DNA of 45,988 bases from a virus (IMGVR_UViG_3300013233_000256:1-45988), one strand, 5' to 3'; positions 29,852-41,316 are shown, counted from the first letter of the stretch. Made by a program: numbers and translations. The notes: generated from the sequence alone by a model not told the origin.

Positions 29852-31555
29852 ATGCCAAAAGTTGAGCAGTTTGGCGCAAACAAACAGAACCTTTCATTCG
29901 CCCCCGGTGCTCAGGCACCCACAAGGTCATTGGATAAGTTCGCAGGCGCGCAGCTGGCGAAAGGAGTCGGTGACCTCGGCAAAGCTGCAGCGTTTATCGC
30001 TGATGATCTTACAAGCACTCAGGCTGAAGACGCACTGGTTCAGTTTAAGCGTGACACTCAGAGCATTCTTCACGACCCCGAATCAGGGTATCTTACGACA
30101 ACGGGCGGGAAGACTGCAGTAGACGATGCGCAAAACACAAGTGATGCTGTTGAAGCGTTGCGTAAGTCATACACTGCGGGTCTGTCAGGGGCTGCTCGTG
30201 ACAAATTTGACAGAGTGGCGAAGGGTCATGTAACCGGTGCAATGGACAAGATCATGCTGCACGCTGCACAAGGTCAGCATGACTATAAGATTGCAACGAA
30301 CAAGGCGTTGATTGTCAACACCATGGAAGAGGGCGCGGTTGAAACCGACCCAATCAAACGCAACGATCAGATGCAGCTTGGTCTGAGTCATGTGCGCGAT
30401 GGCAACGAATTCAACGGTCTGACCGGACCGGCAGCTCAGAAAAACATCGATGATTATAAATCATCATTTCATTCGGCAGTGATGACCACCATGGCGGATA
30501 CACCCGGTCGAGCGAGTGAAGCACTCGACTATTTCAAGGCTCACAAGGGTGAGCTGAATCATGACGATAAAATCAAAATGCGCGACATGGTTCAGCAAGC
30601 AGGATTACTTGAGTTTACGCAAGGTAAAACTGACGAAATCTTATCCAAATACAGCGACGCTCGTGCCGGCCTCGCAGCTGCCCGGAAAGAAAGTAACCCC
30701 GAGAAACGGAAAGCACTGGTGGCGTCTGTGCGATCCCGGTACGATGAAAAGGAAGTGCTGAAAAAACGAGCTGAATCTGATCATTTCGATGCAATGGTAG
30801 AGAAGGCAAGCAGGGGTGAGGTGATCACAGCAGCAGAGCGATCCGGCATGTCACCGGGTGAACGCAGTGCACTGGATAAGACGACAGCTCGCGCTGTATC
30901 TGGTGCACCTGTGATCACGGATCAGGCTGTCTATGGTGAGCTTGTGCTCATGCCCACCCCTGAATTAGCGAAGATTACCCCGCAGGAATACTTCACCAAG
31001 TATCATGATAAGCTGAGCTCCACCGATTACAAATCGGGGTTGACCTCGGTTAAGGCTGCCAGGGCTGCTTTGACAAATGACAAATCCAGCATTCACAGAG
31101 TTACTCTGAGCTTTGATGCAGCGTTCAAAAACGTAGCCGCGCAGAACGGGTTCATAAACGCGAAAGGAACGAAGTCGTTTAGCAAGGATAAATTCGCACA
31201 GTGGGCTCGAATAAAAGATGCCGCAACATCACAGATCAGTGAATTTGAAAGTCGTACGGGGAAGAAGGCCACGAGCGAGGATATGAAAAAAATCATACAG
31301 CAGTTGTTCAATGATGAAGTTTTTCTGAATCCCGGATCGTTCAGTTTTAATAAAGAACTGCCCCTTGCTGCTACATCTGTTGATGATCGTGGTAAATTGT
31401 TCGTCAAGGTTGGTGATAGAGAAGTCAAGCTCGACAGTGTTCCAATGCAGGATCGGGCTCAGATTGTAGACGCGTACACCAGGAAGCTCGGTCGTGAACC
31501 GACGCAACAGGAAATCATTGAGAAATGGTTGCAACGCAAAGGTGAGCTTAAATGA
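29852..31555 (+). CDS. Internal virion protein candidate, 567 aa
   Basis: A long helical protein in the position of podovirus core/ejection proteins. Confidence 0.6.
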   Translation: MPKVEQFGANKQNLSFAPGAQAPTRSLDKFAGAQLAKGVGDLGKAAAFIADDLTSTQAEDALVQFKRDTQSILHDPESGYLTTTGGKTAVDDAQNTSDAVEALRKSYTAGLSGAARDKFDRVAKGHVTGAMDKIMLHAAQGQHDYKIATNKALIVNTMEEGAVETDPIKRNDQMQLGLSHVRDGNEFNGLTGPAAQKNIDDYKSSFHSAVMTTMADTPGRASEALDYFKAHKGELNHDDKIKMRDMVQQAGLLEFTQGKTDEILSKYSDARAGLAAARKESNPEKRKALVASVRSRYDEKEVLKKRAESDHFDAMVEKASRGEVITAAERSGMSPGERSALDKTTARAVSGAPVITDQAVYGELVLMPTPELAKITPQEYFTKYHDKLSSTDYKSGLTSVKAARAALTNDKSSIHRVTLSFDAAFKNVAAQNGFINAKGTKSFSKDKFAQWARIKDAATSQISEFESRTGKKATSEDMKKIIQQLFNDEVFLNPGSFSFNKELPLAATSVDDRGKLFVKVGDREVKLDSVPMQDRAQIVDAYTRKLGREPTQQEIIEKWLQRKGELK

Positions 31556-34500
31556 GCAATCCATACGACGAACTTGTCCCTGGTGCAGAGGACACACTCA
31601 AAGCACAAGACGCGGCTAACCCGTATGATGCGCTGCTTGAAAACGATTCTGAAAGTAAGGTCACAGCGATGCGTACAGCGGTGGCGGACTCTTTTGGGAA
31701 GTCACCGGTCGAGCATGCTAAAAAACTCGAGTTGTCGAGAAAATCAGGGTTAACTCCTGTTGCAGTTGGTGCATCACAACCTGAAATCGAGAAGAAAATA
31801 AAAACTGATGCGATTGATTACAGCAAGATTGTAACAGAACACCCGTCACTCGCCCGCTGGATGAGTAATCCTGACAAAGCTGTCGTCAGTCAAAACGATG
31901 TTGAAAGTCTGAGTGCGCTGGAATTAACAATACTGGTTGCCAAAAACGTAGCGACAACTCCGTTTAATTTTAGTGAGGGTGTCGCCGGTGGTTTTGAGGC
32001 CACATTGCGAAGTATCTCAAGTGTTGCTCGTGCGCCGGCTGAAGCACTCGGGTTCCGCAACCTGAAAGACCCGTTTTTACTTGCCGCTAATTATTTCAAA
32101 GGAACTGCTGCTACAAATAGAGCAATCACTGCTGAATTAACAAAAGACAATAAAAGATTGTCTCCGTTTGCTCGTGACATGTTCAGCGGGATACAGTCCG
32201 GCACTCAGTCAGTGAGCCTGATGCTGGCTGCAGTTGTGGCCAGAAACCCTGCAATGATGGCACCGTTAATGGGTGGGATTACAGCAGGAACTACTGCGTC
32301 TCAAGACTTGGACAAAGGTGTGTCACTCGGCACCACTTTGATTCACGCTGCGTCTCAGGGTGCGGTGGAAGTGGCCACTGAAGCCATTACTATTAAGCCA
32401 TTGACTGAACTGCTGAAGGGTGGCGGATTCGTCAAGGGAATGTTGAGTTTTGCCTCTCGTGAGATACCAGGTGAACAAGTGGCGACTGCGCTGCAGGACT
32501 TAAACGACTGGGCAGTTCTCCCTGAGAATAAGAATAAGACCTTTTCCGACTATCTGGAAGCACGCCCCGGTGCGGCAATGAGCACGCTGATTGCTACCGT
32601 GGTGGGTGGTGGCATTCAAGTAGGTGTAGCGAAAGGTGTCAGTGCCATCCAGGATCGTGCTTATAAAAAAGCAGAAGTCGCAGCGTTCAGCGCGAAGGAT
32701 TGGGAAAAGACACAGACCAGCATTGACGCAATCGATCATTATGCGCAACAGTCCGAGACAAAGAAAGTTGATCCGGAATCGTTCAGAGAGTTTGTGAGTG
32801 GCATCGATTCAAAATCAAAAGTGGTGCTTGATTCAGAGAAGGTGAATGAGTTCCTTCAGACTAAGTCACCTGAAGAAATTCAGGGTGATGCTCTGTTACA
32901 GAAGCTCGACCAGAAACTTAAAGACAACCTGGCCGGTGAGAACATCGACATGTCGATTGCTGACTTTGCGACCGATGTTTCAGGTAGCACTCACTATGAC
33001 GAGCTGCGACCTCACATTAAACTCGGTCATGAATCAACAACTCCATTCAGATTTGAGCAAGCTGTCGAGCAACAGAGAACCTTTCTGAAAAATATCACCG
33101 ATACTGCTAACGCCAATGCGTCTGAATATGTTGAAAGTCAAAAGATATTCACATCCGTTCGTGATCAACTGATTGATAGTGGGCAACATACTTCAGCACA
33201 AGCTACAGTGGCTGCCCAGATTGTCCCGGCGTACGCGACAGCAGTGGCTGTGCGCAACGGCACAAGCGTCAAAGATGTATACGAGTCGTGGGGGCTCACT
33301 GTTACTGGGCCGCAGACCGGTAAAGCCGCTGCGAACGCACAAAGGGCTTCTGCTTTTGAACAACGCCCTGTCGTCAACAATGAAGAAGAACTGCTTGCTG
33401 CGATCCGTAAGGCAGGTGGCATAAAACAGTCACAAGCGCGAGACATCCTCGGGGAAAAGAACACTGTCGCCACTGGATCAGGGTCATTGTTCAGAAAAAA
33501 TGGAAACAACATAGACGTGCTTGCGCAAAGATTACAACCCATGGGGTTCAACATTGATACCAACAGTGTTGACGGCGGCGTAGCTCAACTGAAGCAGATG
33601 ATTCAAGACTCGCACAACGGCATACAGCATCTTACCGCTGAAGGTCAGAACCAGCTTGAAGCACAGCGACAGTTTGATCTCGCTCAGCAGGATCAAGGCA
33701 CGTTCATTGATCCGACAACACAACCTGGATTCGGTGAACCATTCGATCAGAAAACACCTGAGAATATTTCAGGCCAGGTCTGGTTTGAGGTAGCACCTGA
33801 TCCAAACACACCTGAGTCTGATCAATGGAACAAGCTGACGCCTGAAGAGAGACAGGAGGTCAGCACAAGTATTCTTCGACAGTTCACACCGGCAATCTTG
33901 AAAACCATGAAGGTCAACGGTGAGCTGGTAAGTCAGTATGGAGGTTGGGAAGGTCAGCCGAATCCGTCTCACGCAATTGTACTTGAAGAACAGGATCAAA
34001 CTCAGAAAGTGATGAATGCGTTCGGATATATCTTTGATCAGGAAGGTATGTACGGTGTTGCTTCAGAACCGTTCGCGGGTAGCAAGCCGGCTGAAATGAT
34101 TGCAATCCGTTACCCGGATTCATTCAATGAACAACAAGTCAACGGGTTGTATGATCTGTTGTGGAAAGGCATTAAAGACGACGAAGGTAACGGACGGGTT
34201 CAAGGGTTCTCTGCTCATGATGGGTCATTTATGATCGTTAATGACGAAGAAGATTCAGGCATCAGTACAGACGACCTTCAAGATTTGATTGACGTAACAC
34301 TTCGTAATACAGAGTATGATGGGCTCATTATGAGCACAGAAGATGTTCATGTGCTGTATAAAGACAAGGAGGACGGCAATTATGGCTTTGAAACGAATAG
34401 ACAACAGGGGAACGGACAACCCTCTTCCAGACTGGCATCCGCTACGCAAGGGAGCATTGATCGAATTCGGCGGACTGCGCTCGCAAGCCGCAGCACAGAA

Positions 34501-37500
34501 GTCGAATCTGTCCTTAGAGCAAGACGAACAAAGGGCATTCGAGCAAAGACAGTACGGTCTGAAGCACGGGAAGAAGACGGCTCCCTCAGAGGGCTCCCAA
34601 GGTTCAGAGGCGCAAAACACTCCGACCAAGTAGAACAAGTTACTCGTGATTACATGAAGGCGGCAGGGCTCCCATACCTGCCGCCAGTTCAGTTTGTGCC
34701 ACTTGACGAACAAAGGGCAGCTCGTATCTCTGACGAATACGACACAATGGAGAATAACCCGGAGTCTCCTGAAGTGGTGGCTGCGTATGACGCAATGATC
34801 AAGGAAACAGTTGCTCAATACGAAGCGATCATGAAGACCGGTTTGAAAGTCGAATTCGTCCCGAAAGGTGTAGAATACCCTTATGAGCAGAACCCTCGCT
34901 TAATGACTGAGGATGTGCTTGATAATAACCACATGTGGGTGTTCAGCACTCGCGAAGGTTTCGGTAGCGATAAAGAATTCAAAAATGACAAAAACCCGTT
35001 ACTGGCTAAAACCAAGTTCAAGATATCAGGCAAACCTGCATTGGCAAACGATCTGTTTCGAGTTGTGCATGATTACTTCGGCCATGTAAAAGAAGGTGTC
35101 GGATTCAGGGCTGACGGAGAAGAAAACTCGTGGCGCGCTCATTCAGCCATGTTTTCACCATTGGCCAGGAGAGCATTGACCAGTGAGACGCGTGGTCAGA
35201 ACAGCTGGTTGAACTACGGTCCTTACGGTGAAAAGAACAGAACCGCATCGGGATCGGAAACACATTACGCCGATCAAAAGGTCGGACTGTTGCCAGACTG
35301 GGTAGTGAACGATGGCGCGTTTGACCAGGTGTCGAACGTAAGCGCGTCGTTTGAGCAGAGGAACTCACTGGGGTTCTATAGTGCTGTGCAGAAAGCAGTA
35401 TTGACGATGAACATACCCGGATTCAAGGCGAGCAAGAAGAACCCCACCGGTGAAGCGCGCGGTGCCGACATCTGGGCGAAACTGAAAGCGTCAGGGTTGA
35501 AGAAAGAAGAGCTGGAGATTATCGGGGTTGAGGAGTTTCTGACAATCAATCCGGAAGTAAAGTTTACCCGCGAAGAAGTCGTTGACTTTGTGAAAGAGAA
35601 CGGTGTCAACATTGTAGAGATCAATTCTGAAGATCAGTCGAATGAAGAAGACATCACATGGAACGAAGAAGTTGATACTGACTCTGCGAATTGGGAAGGG
35701 CGCACTGAAGACTTTTTATATGATTACGATTCGTTTGATTTTCAGGACATCATTGATAACAGTAATTTCAGCATAGATGCCTCGACACTTGAAGGAATAA
35801 TCGACAACGTTATAGACGGGACTGACGTTGCCGAGTTACCGACTGAAGCACAAGCCGCACTAAAGGAGATTGAGTTTCTCGCCGGCATTAGCCTGAATCA
35901 GTTGAATCTGCCTGCAGTCGAACCGTTGGATATTGTCAAACGCGGTGAAGATGCTCACATGGCACTCATGACAGCCATGATGCAGTTCCCTGCAGTCAGA
36001 GACGAAGTTGAACAAGAATTTGACAGAATGGCTGAAGAAGAGTATATGCAAGAGCCTTATGTCAACGTTAGCGACAATGACGGCAATGTTCGGATTTTTG
36101 GCAACGATGACGTCGGTTACATAGTTCAAGCCGCAAGCGGGGAGCACATCGCTGATAATGTTTACAGCTTGTCGGAAGCTCAGGTGCAGGCGACAAATTA
36201 CTTACGCGAGCAAGGACTGGTCAGCGACAATGGTGCCCAATGGGGTGGATATGTCACTGACGGTGATCATGATAATTATCGTGAGAAGAAACTGACCTTG
36301 CCTGACATTGAGAACGACTTCCTGTACGACGTGCATTTCCCTGAGCGTAATATTTTAGCATTTCTCCGGGTTACAGACCGCGAGTTGATGACGGGGCAGC
36401 CTGATGAAGTGACCCCTGATGAAACGGTTACATTCACGGTCAAGGTCATCGATAACCCGGTTAAGAACGCAGTTGTTAAACGAGTCTTGATGATCACCGA
36501 CAGCAATGGTGACGAGATATTCTCAGGCGGTGTCGACGGTAAAGACGAGCAGAGTTCGATTGAGCATGCGACAAACGTGCTGAATAACAACTCGTCAATG
36601 TCGATCAAAGGTTATCAGGTCAATGGCGACGGGACTTTGACAAAGAAGGGTCGTCGCATTTCGGCAAGTGCAAAGAACACATACTTCATTGACGAGTTTC
36701 AATCCGATTGGCATCAGCAGGGTCGCAAGCTTGGATATTCTACCGGTGCCAATGTTGAGGCAGCTCAGCGTACTGCTGAAACTGAGCAGCGTTTGGCTCA
36801 GGACAGATATGACGAATTAGCTCAAAAGCGGAAAACAGATCAGAAACTGGCAGACACTATGGATGCGCTGGCTTTGCGAGCACCGAGCGGAACAGATGTG
36901 TTTACTCTTATAATGAGAGCTGTTGAAGGTCGAGACATCGACGCAACTGAACGAAAAAACGTTTTCCGGAGTGTCGCAGGGGTACCCGCGCTCGAAGAGG
37001 TTGCTCAGCACATTGAGAACGCAGTCAATGCTGAGAAGATCGTTAACACTGAACGTGCTGGCATACCCGATGCACCATTCAAAGGTGATGCATGGCTCGC
37101 GCTCGGTATGAAGCGCGCCATCATGGATGCGATTGACAATGGGTACGAAGCTGTCGCCTGGCCAAACTCGCAGGTGTTGGTTGACCGTTGGTCAGAGCAG
37201 TATCAGGAACTGTATGAAAATCAGTATGATAAAAAGATGACCTCAATCGTGCGCAAGTTAACCGGTGAAACGCCGAAACAGCTTGACCTTGAAGGTCGTG
37301 AGTATGAAGAAGGTGATCAAGGGTATCACATCATCCCGATCACCGATAAGCTGAAGAAACGATACAGTGCTGAAGGTTTCGCACTATTCCAGAATATCAA
37401 CGGGTTTTATGATCCGGCGCAAGTTATGATTCGCCTGACCGAAACAGCAAACCTGTCAACATTCCTGCACGAGTTCGGCCATTTCATGCTTGACATGGAG

Positions 37501-40500
37501 CAGAAATCAAAGAGCCCGTTGAGCACTGAGATCAATAAATGGTTCGGACGCAATGCGAAATCGCTGGCGAAAGAGTCAGTTGTTCACATGAAAGACTTGC
37601 TGAAAAAGCATCAGAAAAACATTGACGCCGGGGAAGGTAATACGAAGTTCCTGGAGTCTCAGATTAGAGCACTCGAAGCTGGTATCAGCCGGGGGGTCAC
37701 TGAAGCTGACATTAACGATTATATCCGGTTCGGCACCACGGGCAGTAATGGTGTAAACCTGGGCATTCAGCGCGCCACTCATGAACAATTTGCGCGAGGG
37801 TGGGAAGCTTACATCATGGAAGGTAAGTCACCGTCTATTGAAATGACCAATGTATTCAGAACTTTCGCCCGCTGGATGGTTGAGGTATATAAAAACATCA
37901 GAAACCTGCATGTGAATCTGGATGATGACATACGGAAAGTGTTCGACCGGCTGATTGCGACTGAAGCTCAGATCGACATGGCTGAAGCTCGTGCCAAATT
38001 GCAACCATTATTCACTGACGCTGTGTCAGCCGGCATGACTGAAGATCAGTTTAAGAAGTATCAGGAGAAGGCCAAGGCACCTTCTGATAAAGCAGCCGAG
38101 ACTCTGCGTGACAAATTGATCAGAGAGTATCGTCGAACAACGACAAAGTGGTGGAAGACTGAGCTTGCACTGATCACTGACGATGAACGTGAGAAGTTGA
38201 AAGATGAGCCGTTGTATAAATCAATCATCGCAATGAAGACCGGTGATCTAAAGATGGATCATGGTGAGGTGAAGGATAAGTACGGAGTCAGAGATAAACG
38301 AGGCCGCTCAATTATCCCGCCGAAACTCAGAGGCATGACTGTAGCCGGTGGCGAAGGTGTGCCGATTGATGATGTTGCTGGTATTTTCGGCTTCGATTCA
38401 GGTGACAAGATGGTTAACGATATTCTGACCGCACCGACTCTGACTGAGCAGGCTAAAACAAATGCAGAAGCGTCAATGATCCGTGAGCATGGTGACATCC
38501 TGAACGACGGGTCCATTGAACAACTCGCAGATGACGCCCTGGAGAACGAAGAAAAAGGTAAACTTCTCCTGGCTGAGTTGAAGCAGTTGTTGACAGGCAC
38601 CAATCAGGCTGTGCTTGACCGGCGCATCCTGAAGGCCATGGCTGAAGAGAAGATCGGTGAAATGTCGTTTAGTAAGAACAACCCGACACGTTACCGGGCT
38701 GCAGAGATCAGAGCTGCCCAGGATGCCGCTACTGCACTGGCCAACGGTGACAAGCAGGCGGCGGCGGCTGCGAAGACTCAACAAGTTATGAACCACTTCC
38801 TTGCTGTCGCGTCGATTGATGCGAAGAACAACACGATAAAGATCGTTGACCGTATCGCAAGGTATCGGAAGAAGAAGGTGAGGGAAGCTATCGTTAAAGC
38901 CGGCGGCGGATACATGGATCAGATCGACAAGATTCTGGATCGATTTGAGTTCCGCAAGTCTGCAACATTGAAGGCGGTTGACAGAAAGAATCAAAGCATC
39001 GCTGATTTTATCAGAGTGCAGCAAGATGAAGGTGCGAACTTGGTGATCGATCCAGCAGTAATTGATGAAACATTTGTGACTCATTGGAAGAATGTACCTT
39101 TCTCAGACCTGCAGGGCATCAGCGATTCACTGAAGAATCTGGAGCATGTCGCCCGGTACTCGAACAAGATGAAGCTGGAGAATGAAGAGCTGGACTTTAA
39201 GGAGTTGGTTGCTCGGTTTGTGTCTCACATTGAGAAACAGCCTGCGAAGTACCCGCGTAAAGATACATCCCTGATTTCAGCAGATGTTGAAGACAAGAAC
39301 CAACCGAAACTGTATCTTCGTTGGGCGATGTCACACATGACAAAGATACCATATCTCACGTCGTGGATGGACAGCGGTGAGCGTGTGGGCATGAGTCACG
39401 ACTTGATCATGCAGCCTTTCACAGACGCACTGCACAACAAATACGAGCTACATCGCTCAGCAACGCTTCCAGTGATACAGGCGCTTGCCGGTCGCAGTAA
39501 AGCTGATATGAAGCGGCACACCGATAAAATATTCATCCCTGAAATAAACCAGCACCTGACTGGTGGTCAAGTGGTGGCTGTTGCATTGAACGTCGGCAAC
39601 AGTGGTAATCTGAAGAAGATGTTGCTGGGTGAAGGTTGGGCAAAAGACGACAGCGAAGTGAGCATTGATAACCCTAAACTCCAGGCGATTCTGCGCCACC
39701 TCACCGAAGACGATGCCAGGCTGGTTCAGTTGACCTGGGATCAGATGGACTCATTGTATCCGAAGCTTGCAGAAGTGCATCAGCGTACGTCAGGTGTTGC
39801 GCCTATGAAGGTGGTTGCGGTACCTGTTGAGCTGGCCGGCCTGAAGCTGAAAGGCGGGTATTACCCGGTCGTGTACTCTCGTGCTCGCAGCCATAAAGCT
39901 GAAAAGAACGCGGAACGTCGTGAGGCTGAGATTGATTCAATGTTCGATAGGTCGGGTATGGTTCAGCAGTCTGTTACAGCCGGCGCCACCAATGAACGCA
40001 CCGACTTCAAGGATAAGATTCAGCTCAGTCTTGATGTCATACCGAACCATTTTGAGGAAGTGATCCACTACATCACACATCATGAAGCCGTTGCCAGAGT
40101 GAACAGACTGGTATCACACCCGGACGTGGCCAACGCGATTACAGGCGTACTCGGTGAAGATGAATACAAGCAGCTCAAGCCATGGCTCAACGACATAGCG
40201 AAAGATGGTCGGGAGTCGGGTGCGAAGAATGCATTTGAGCGGTTATTCCAACACATGCGGCTTGGCACGACACTCGGTATCATGGGCTTCAAAGCGTCCA
40301 CCGGTATCATGCAGACATTGGGGTTATTCACTACCGCAGCAGAAGTTGGACCCGGTAAAACAATAAAAGCGATATTCAATGTGATAGGTCGGGCAAAGTA
40401 TCTGAAAGCTGTTCGTCGAATCATGGGCAGCACGAATGACATTGAAAGTGCGTGGGAGTTCGCAGCAGCCCGGTCAAAAGTACTGCAGCACCGGACTCAA

Positions 40501-41316
40501 ACAATGGATCGGGAGATTAACTCAGCTCTGAAGACACTGAAAGGTAAGAAGGGAGTCATCACCGGTAAACTCCCGGCTGTGCAGGAAGCATCCATGAAGC
40601 ATATCGCACTGATCCAGACATACATTGTCGATCTCCCAACATGGCACGCTGCGTATGATACAGAGTTGGAGCGCAGTGGTGACCCTGAGAAAGCTGCGAG
40701 ATATGGTGACTGGGCTGTTGAGAACCTGCAAGGATCAGGCGCAGTGAAGGACATGGCATCAGTCATGCGAAATCAGTCAAAAGTGTTCACCACACTCATG
40801 ATGTTCATGACGTACTTCAGCTCATTGTGGAACCTGGAGCGTGACCTTGGGCGTAGTGTTGGGCGCGCGCCTGTAACAACTATAGCGGCAAAGGCTGTGT
40901 TCCTGTTCGTGCTCCCGGTGATAGCTGAAATGCTGTTACGAGGTGAGTTCGGTGATGGTGATGATGAAGATGAACAGCTTCAGGCGATGTTGATGAAAAT
41001 TGCATTGTATCCAACAACAGCTGTACCGTTCATTCGGGACGTGGCCAGCGCAACAGGTAAGTATAGATACAACTTCAGCCCAGTCACGTCCACGCTCGGT
41101 AAGGGTATTGAAGGAACTGTGTCCGTGCTTGAAGCAGCCGTATCAGATGAAGAGGCAACACAGTCTCAAATCAAAAACGCAAGCAAGCTCACAGGCGTTT
41201 TACTCAAAGTACCGGGTACAGCACAAGCATGGGCGACAGGTGAACACATTGCAGACGTGGTCATCGATGGTGAAGACCTGACACTACGCGAGCTGGTGTA
41301 TGGGCCAAAGAAATGA
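31552..41316 (+). CDS. Giant 3,254-aa polyvalent virion/ejection protein
   Basis: It is a single uninterrupted ORF with an ATGA overlap to the upstream gene. Hydrophobic Gly/Ala-rich segments occur near both termini. HEFGH lies at 37468-37482, HDYFGH at 35068-35085, and IDEFQSDWHQQ at about 36688-36720. Confidence 0.9.
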   Translation: MSNPYDELVPGAEDTLKAQDAANPYDALLENDSESKVTAMRTAVADSFGKSPVEHAKKLELSRKSGLTPVAVGASQPEIEKKIKTDAIDYSKIVTEHPSLARWMSNPDKAVVSQNDVESLSALELTILVAKNVATTPFNFSEGVAGGFEATLRSISSVARAPAEALGFRNLKDPFLLAANYFKGTAATNRAITAELTKDNKRLSPFARDMFSGIQSGTQSVSLMLAAVVARNPAMMAPLMGGITAGTTASQDLDKGVSLGTTLIHAASQGAVEVATEAITIKPLTELLKGGGFVKGMLSFASREIPGEQVATALQDLNDWAVLPENKNKTFSDYLEARPGAAMSTLIATVVGGGIQVGVAKGVSAIQDRAYKKAEVAAFSAKDWEKTQTSIDAIDHYAQQSETKKVDPESFREFVSGIDSKSKVVLDSEKVNEFLQTKSPEEIQGDALLQKLDQKLKDNLAGENIDMSIADFATDVSGSTHYDELRPHIKLGHESTTPFRFEQAVEQQRTFLKNITDTANANASEYVESQKIFTSVRDQLIDSGQHTSAQATVAAQIVPAYATAVAVRNGTSVKDVYESWGLTVTGPQTGKAAANAQRASAFEQRPVVNNEEELLAAIRKAGGIKQSQARDILGEKNTVATGSGSLFRKNGNNIDVLAQRLQPMGFNIDTNSVDGGVAQLKQMIQDSHNGIQHLTAEGQNQLEAQRQFDLAQQDQGTFIDPTTQPGFGEPFDQKTPENISGQVWFEVAPDPNTPESDQWNKLTPEERQEVSTSILRQFTPAILKTMKVNGELVSQYGGWEGQPNPSHAIVLEEQDQTQKVMNAFGYIFDQEGMYGVASEPFAGSKPAEMIAIRYPDSFNEQQVNGLYDLLWKGIKDDEGNGRVQGFSAHDGSFMIVNDEEDSGISTDDLQDLIDVTLRNTEYDGLIMSTEDVHVLYKDKEDGNYGFETNRQQGNGQPSSRLASATQGSIDRIRRTALASRSTEVESVLRARRTKGIRAKTVRSEAREEDGSLRGLPRFRGAKHSDQVEQVTRDYMKAAGLPYLPPVQFVPLDEQRAARISDEYDTMENNPESPEVVAAYDAMIKETVAQYEAIMKTGLKVEFVPKGVEYPYEQNPRLMTEDVLDNNHMWVFSTREGFGSDKEFKNDKNPLLAKTKFKISGKPALANDLFRVVHDYFGHVKEGVGFRADGEENSWRAHSAMFSPLARRALTSETRGQNSWLNYGPYGEKNRTASGSETHYADQKVGLLPDWVVNDGAFDQVSNVSASFEQRNSLGFYSAVQKAVLTMNIPGFKASKKNPTGEARGADIWAKLKASGLKKEELEIIGVEEFLTINPEVKFTREEVVDFVKENGVNIVEINSEDQSNEEDITWNEEVDTDSANWEGRTEDFLYDYDSFDFQDIIDNSNFSIDASTLEGIIDNVIDGTDVAELPTEAQAALKEIEFLAGISLNQLNLPAVEPLDIVKRGEDAHMALMTAMMQFPAVRDEVEQEFDRMAEEEYMQEPYVNVSDNDGNVRIFGNDDVGYIVQAASGEHIADNVYSLSEAQVQATNYLREQGLVSDNGAQWGGYVTDGDHDNYREKKLTLPDIENDFLYDVHFPERNILAFLRVTDRELMTGQPDEVTPDETVTFTVKVIDNPVKNAVVKRVLMITDSNGDEIFSGGVDGKDEQSSIEHATNVLNNNSSMSIKGYQVNGDGTLTKKGRRISASAKNTYFIDEFQSDWHQQGRKLGYSTGANVEAAQRTAETEQRLAQDRYDELAQKRKTDQKLADTMDALALRAPSGTDVFTLIMRAVEGRDIDATERKNVFRSVAGVPALEEVAQHIENAVNAEKIVNTERAGIPDAPFKGDAWLALGMKRAIMDAIDNGYEAVAWPNSQVLVDRWSEQYQELYENQYDKKMTSIVRKLTGETPKQLDLEGREYEEGDQGYHIIPITDKLKKRYSAEGFALFQNINGFYDPAQVMIRLTETANLSTFLHEFGHFMLDMEQKSKSPLSTEINKWFGRNAKSLAKESVVHMKDLLKKHQKNIDAGEGNTKFLESQIRALEAGISRGVTEADINDYIRFGTTGSNGVNLGIQRATHEQFARGWEAYIMEGKSPSIEMTNVFRTFARWMVEVYKNIRNLHVNLDDDIRKVFDRLIATEAQIDMAEARAKLQPLFTDAVSAGMTEDQFKKYQEKAKAPSDKAAETLRDKLIREYRRTTTKWWKTELALITDDEREKLKDEPLYKSIIAMKTGDLKMDHGEVKDKYGVRDKRGRSIIPPKLRGMTVAGGEGVPIDDVAGIFGFDSGDKMVNDILTAPTLTEQAKTNAEASMIREHGDILNDGSIEQLADDALENEEKGKLLLAELKQLLTGTNQAVLDRRILKAMAEEKIGEMSFSKNNPTRYRAAEIRAAQDAATALANGDKQAAAAAKTQQVMNHFLAVASIDAKNNTIKIVDRIARYRKKKVREAIVKAGGGYMDQIDKILDRFEFRKSATLKAVDRKNQSIADFIRVQQDEGANLVIDPAVIDETFVTHWKNVPFSDLQGISDSLKNLEHVARYSNKMKLENEELDFKELVARFVSHIEKQPAKYPRKDTSLISADVEDKNQPKLYLRWAMSHMTKIPYLTSWMDSGERVGMSHDLIMQPFTDALHNKYELHRSATLPVIQALAGRSKADMKRHTDKIFIPEINQHLTGGQVVAVALNVGNSGNLKKMLLGEGWAKDDSEVSIDNPKLQAILRHLTEDDARLVQLTWDQMDSLYPKLAEVHQRTSGVAPMKVVAVPVELAGLKLKGGYYPVVYSRARSHKAEKNAERREAEIDSMFDRSGMVQQSVTAGATNERTDFKDKIQLSLDVIPNHFEEVIHYITHHEAVARVNRLVSHPDVANAITGVLGEDEYKQLKPWLNDIAKDGRESGAKNAFERLFQHMRLGTTLGIMGFKASTGIMQTLGLFTTAAEVGPGKTIKAIFNVIGRAKYLKAVRRIMGSTNDIESAWEFAAARSKVLQHRTQTMDREINSALKTLKGKKGVITGKLPAVQEASMKHIALIQTYIVDLPTWHAAYDTELERSGDPEKAARYGDWAVENLQGSGAVKDMASVMRNQSKVFTTLMMFMTYFSSLWNLERDLGRSVGRAPVTTIAAKAVFLFVLPVIAEMLLRGEFGDGDDEDEQLQAMLMKIALYPTTAVPFIRDVASATGKYRYNFSPVTSTLGKGIEGTVSVLEAAVSDEEATQSQIKNASKLTGVLLKVPGTAQAWATGEHIADVVIDGEDLTLRELVYGPKK

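Noticed and set aside
31552-41316. N4-type virion RNA polymerase identity for the giant protein
   Set aside because: I could not find single-subunit RNAP motifs by eye. The early genes carry host sigma70-type promoters, so a virion RNAP is not needed. This cannot be fully excluded without a profile search.
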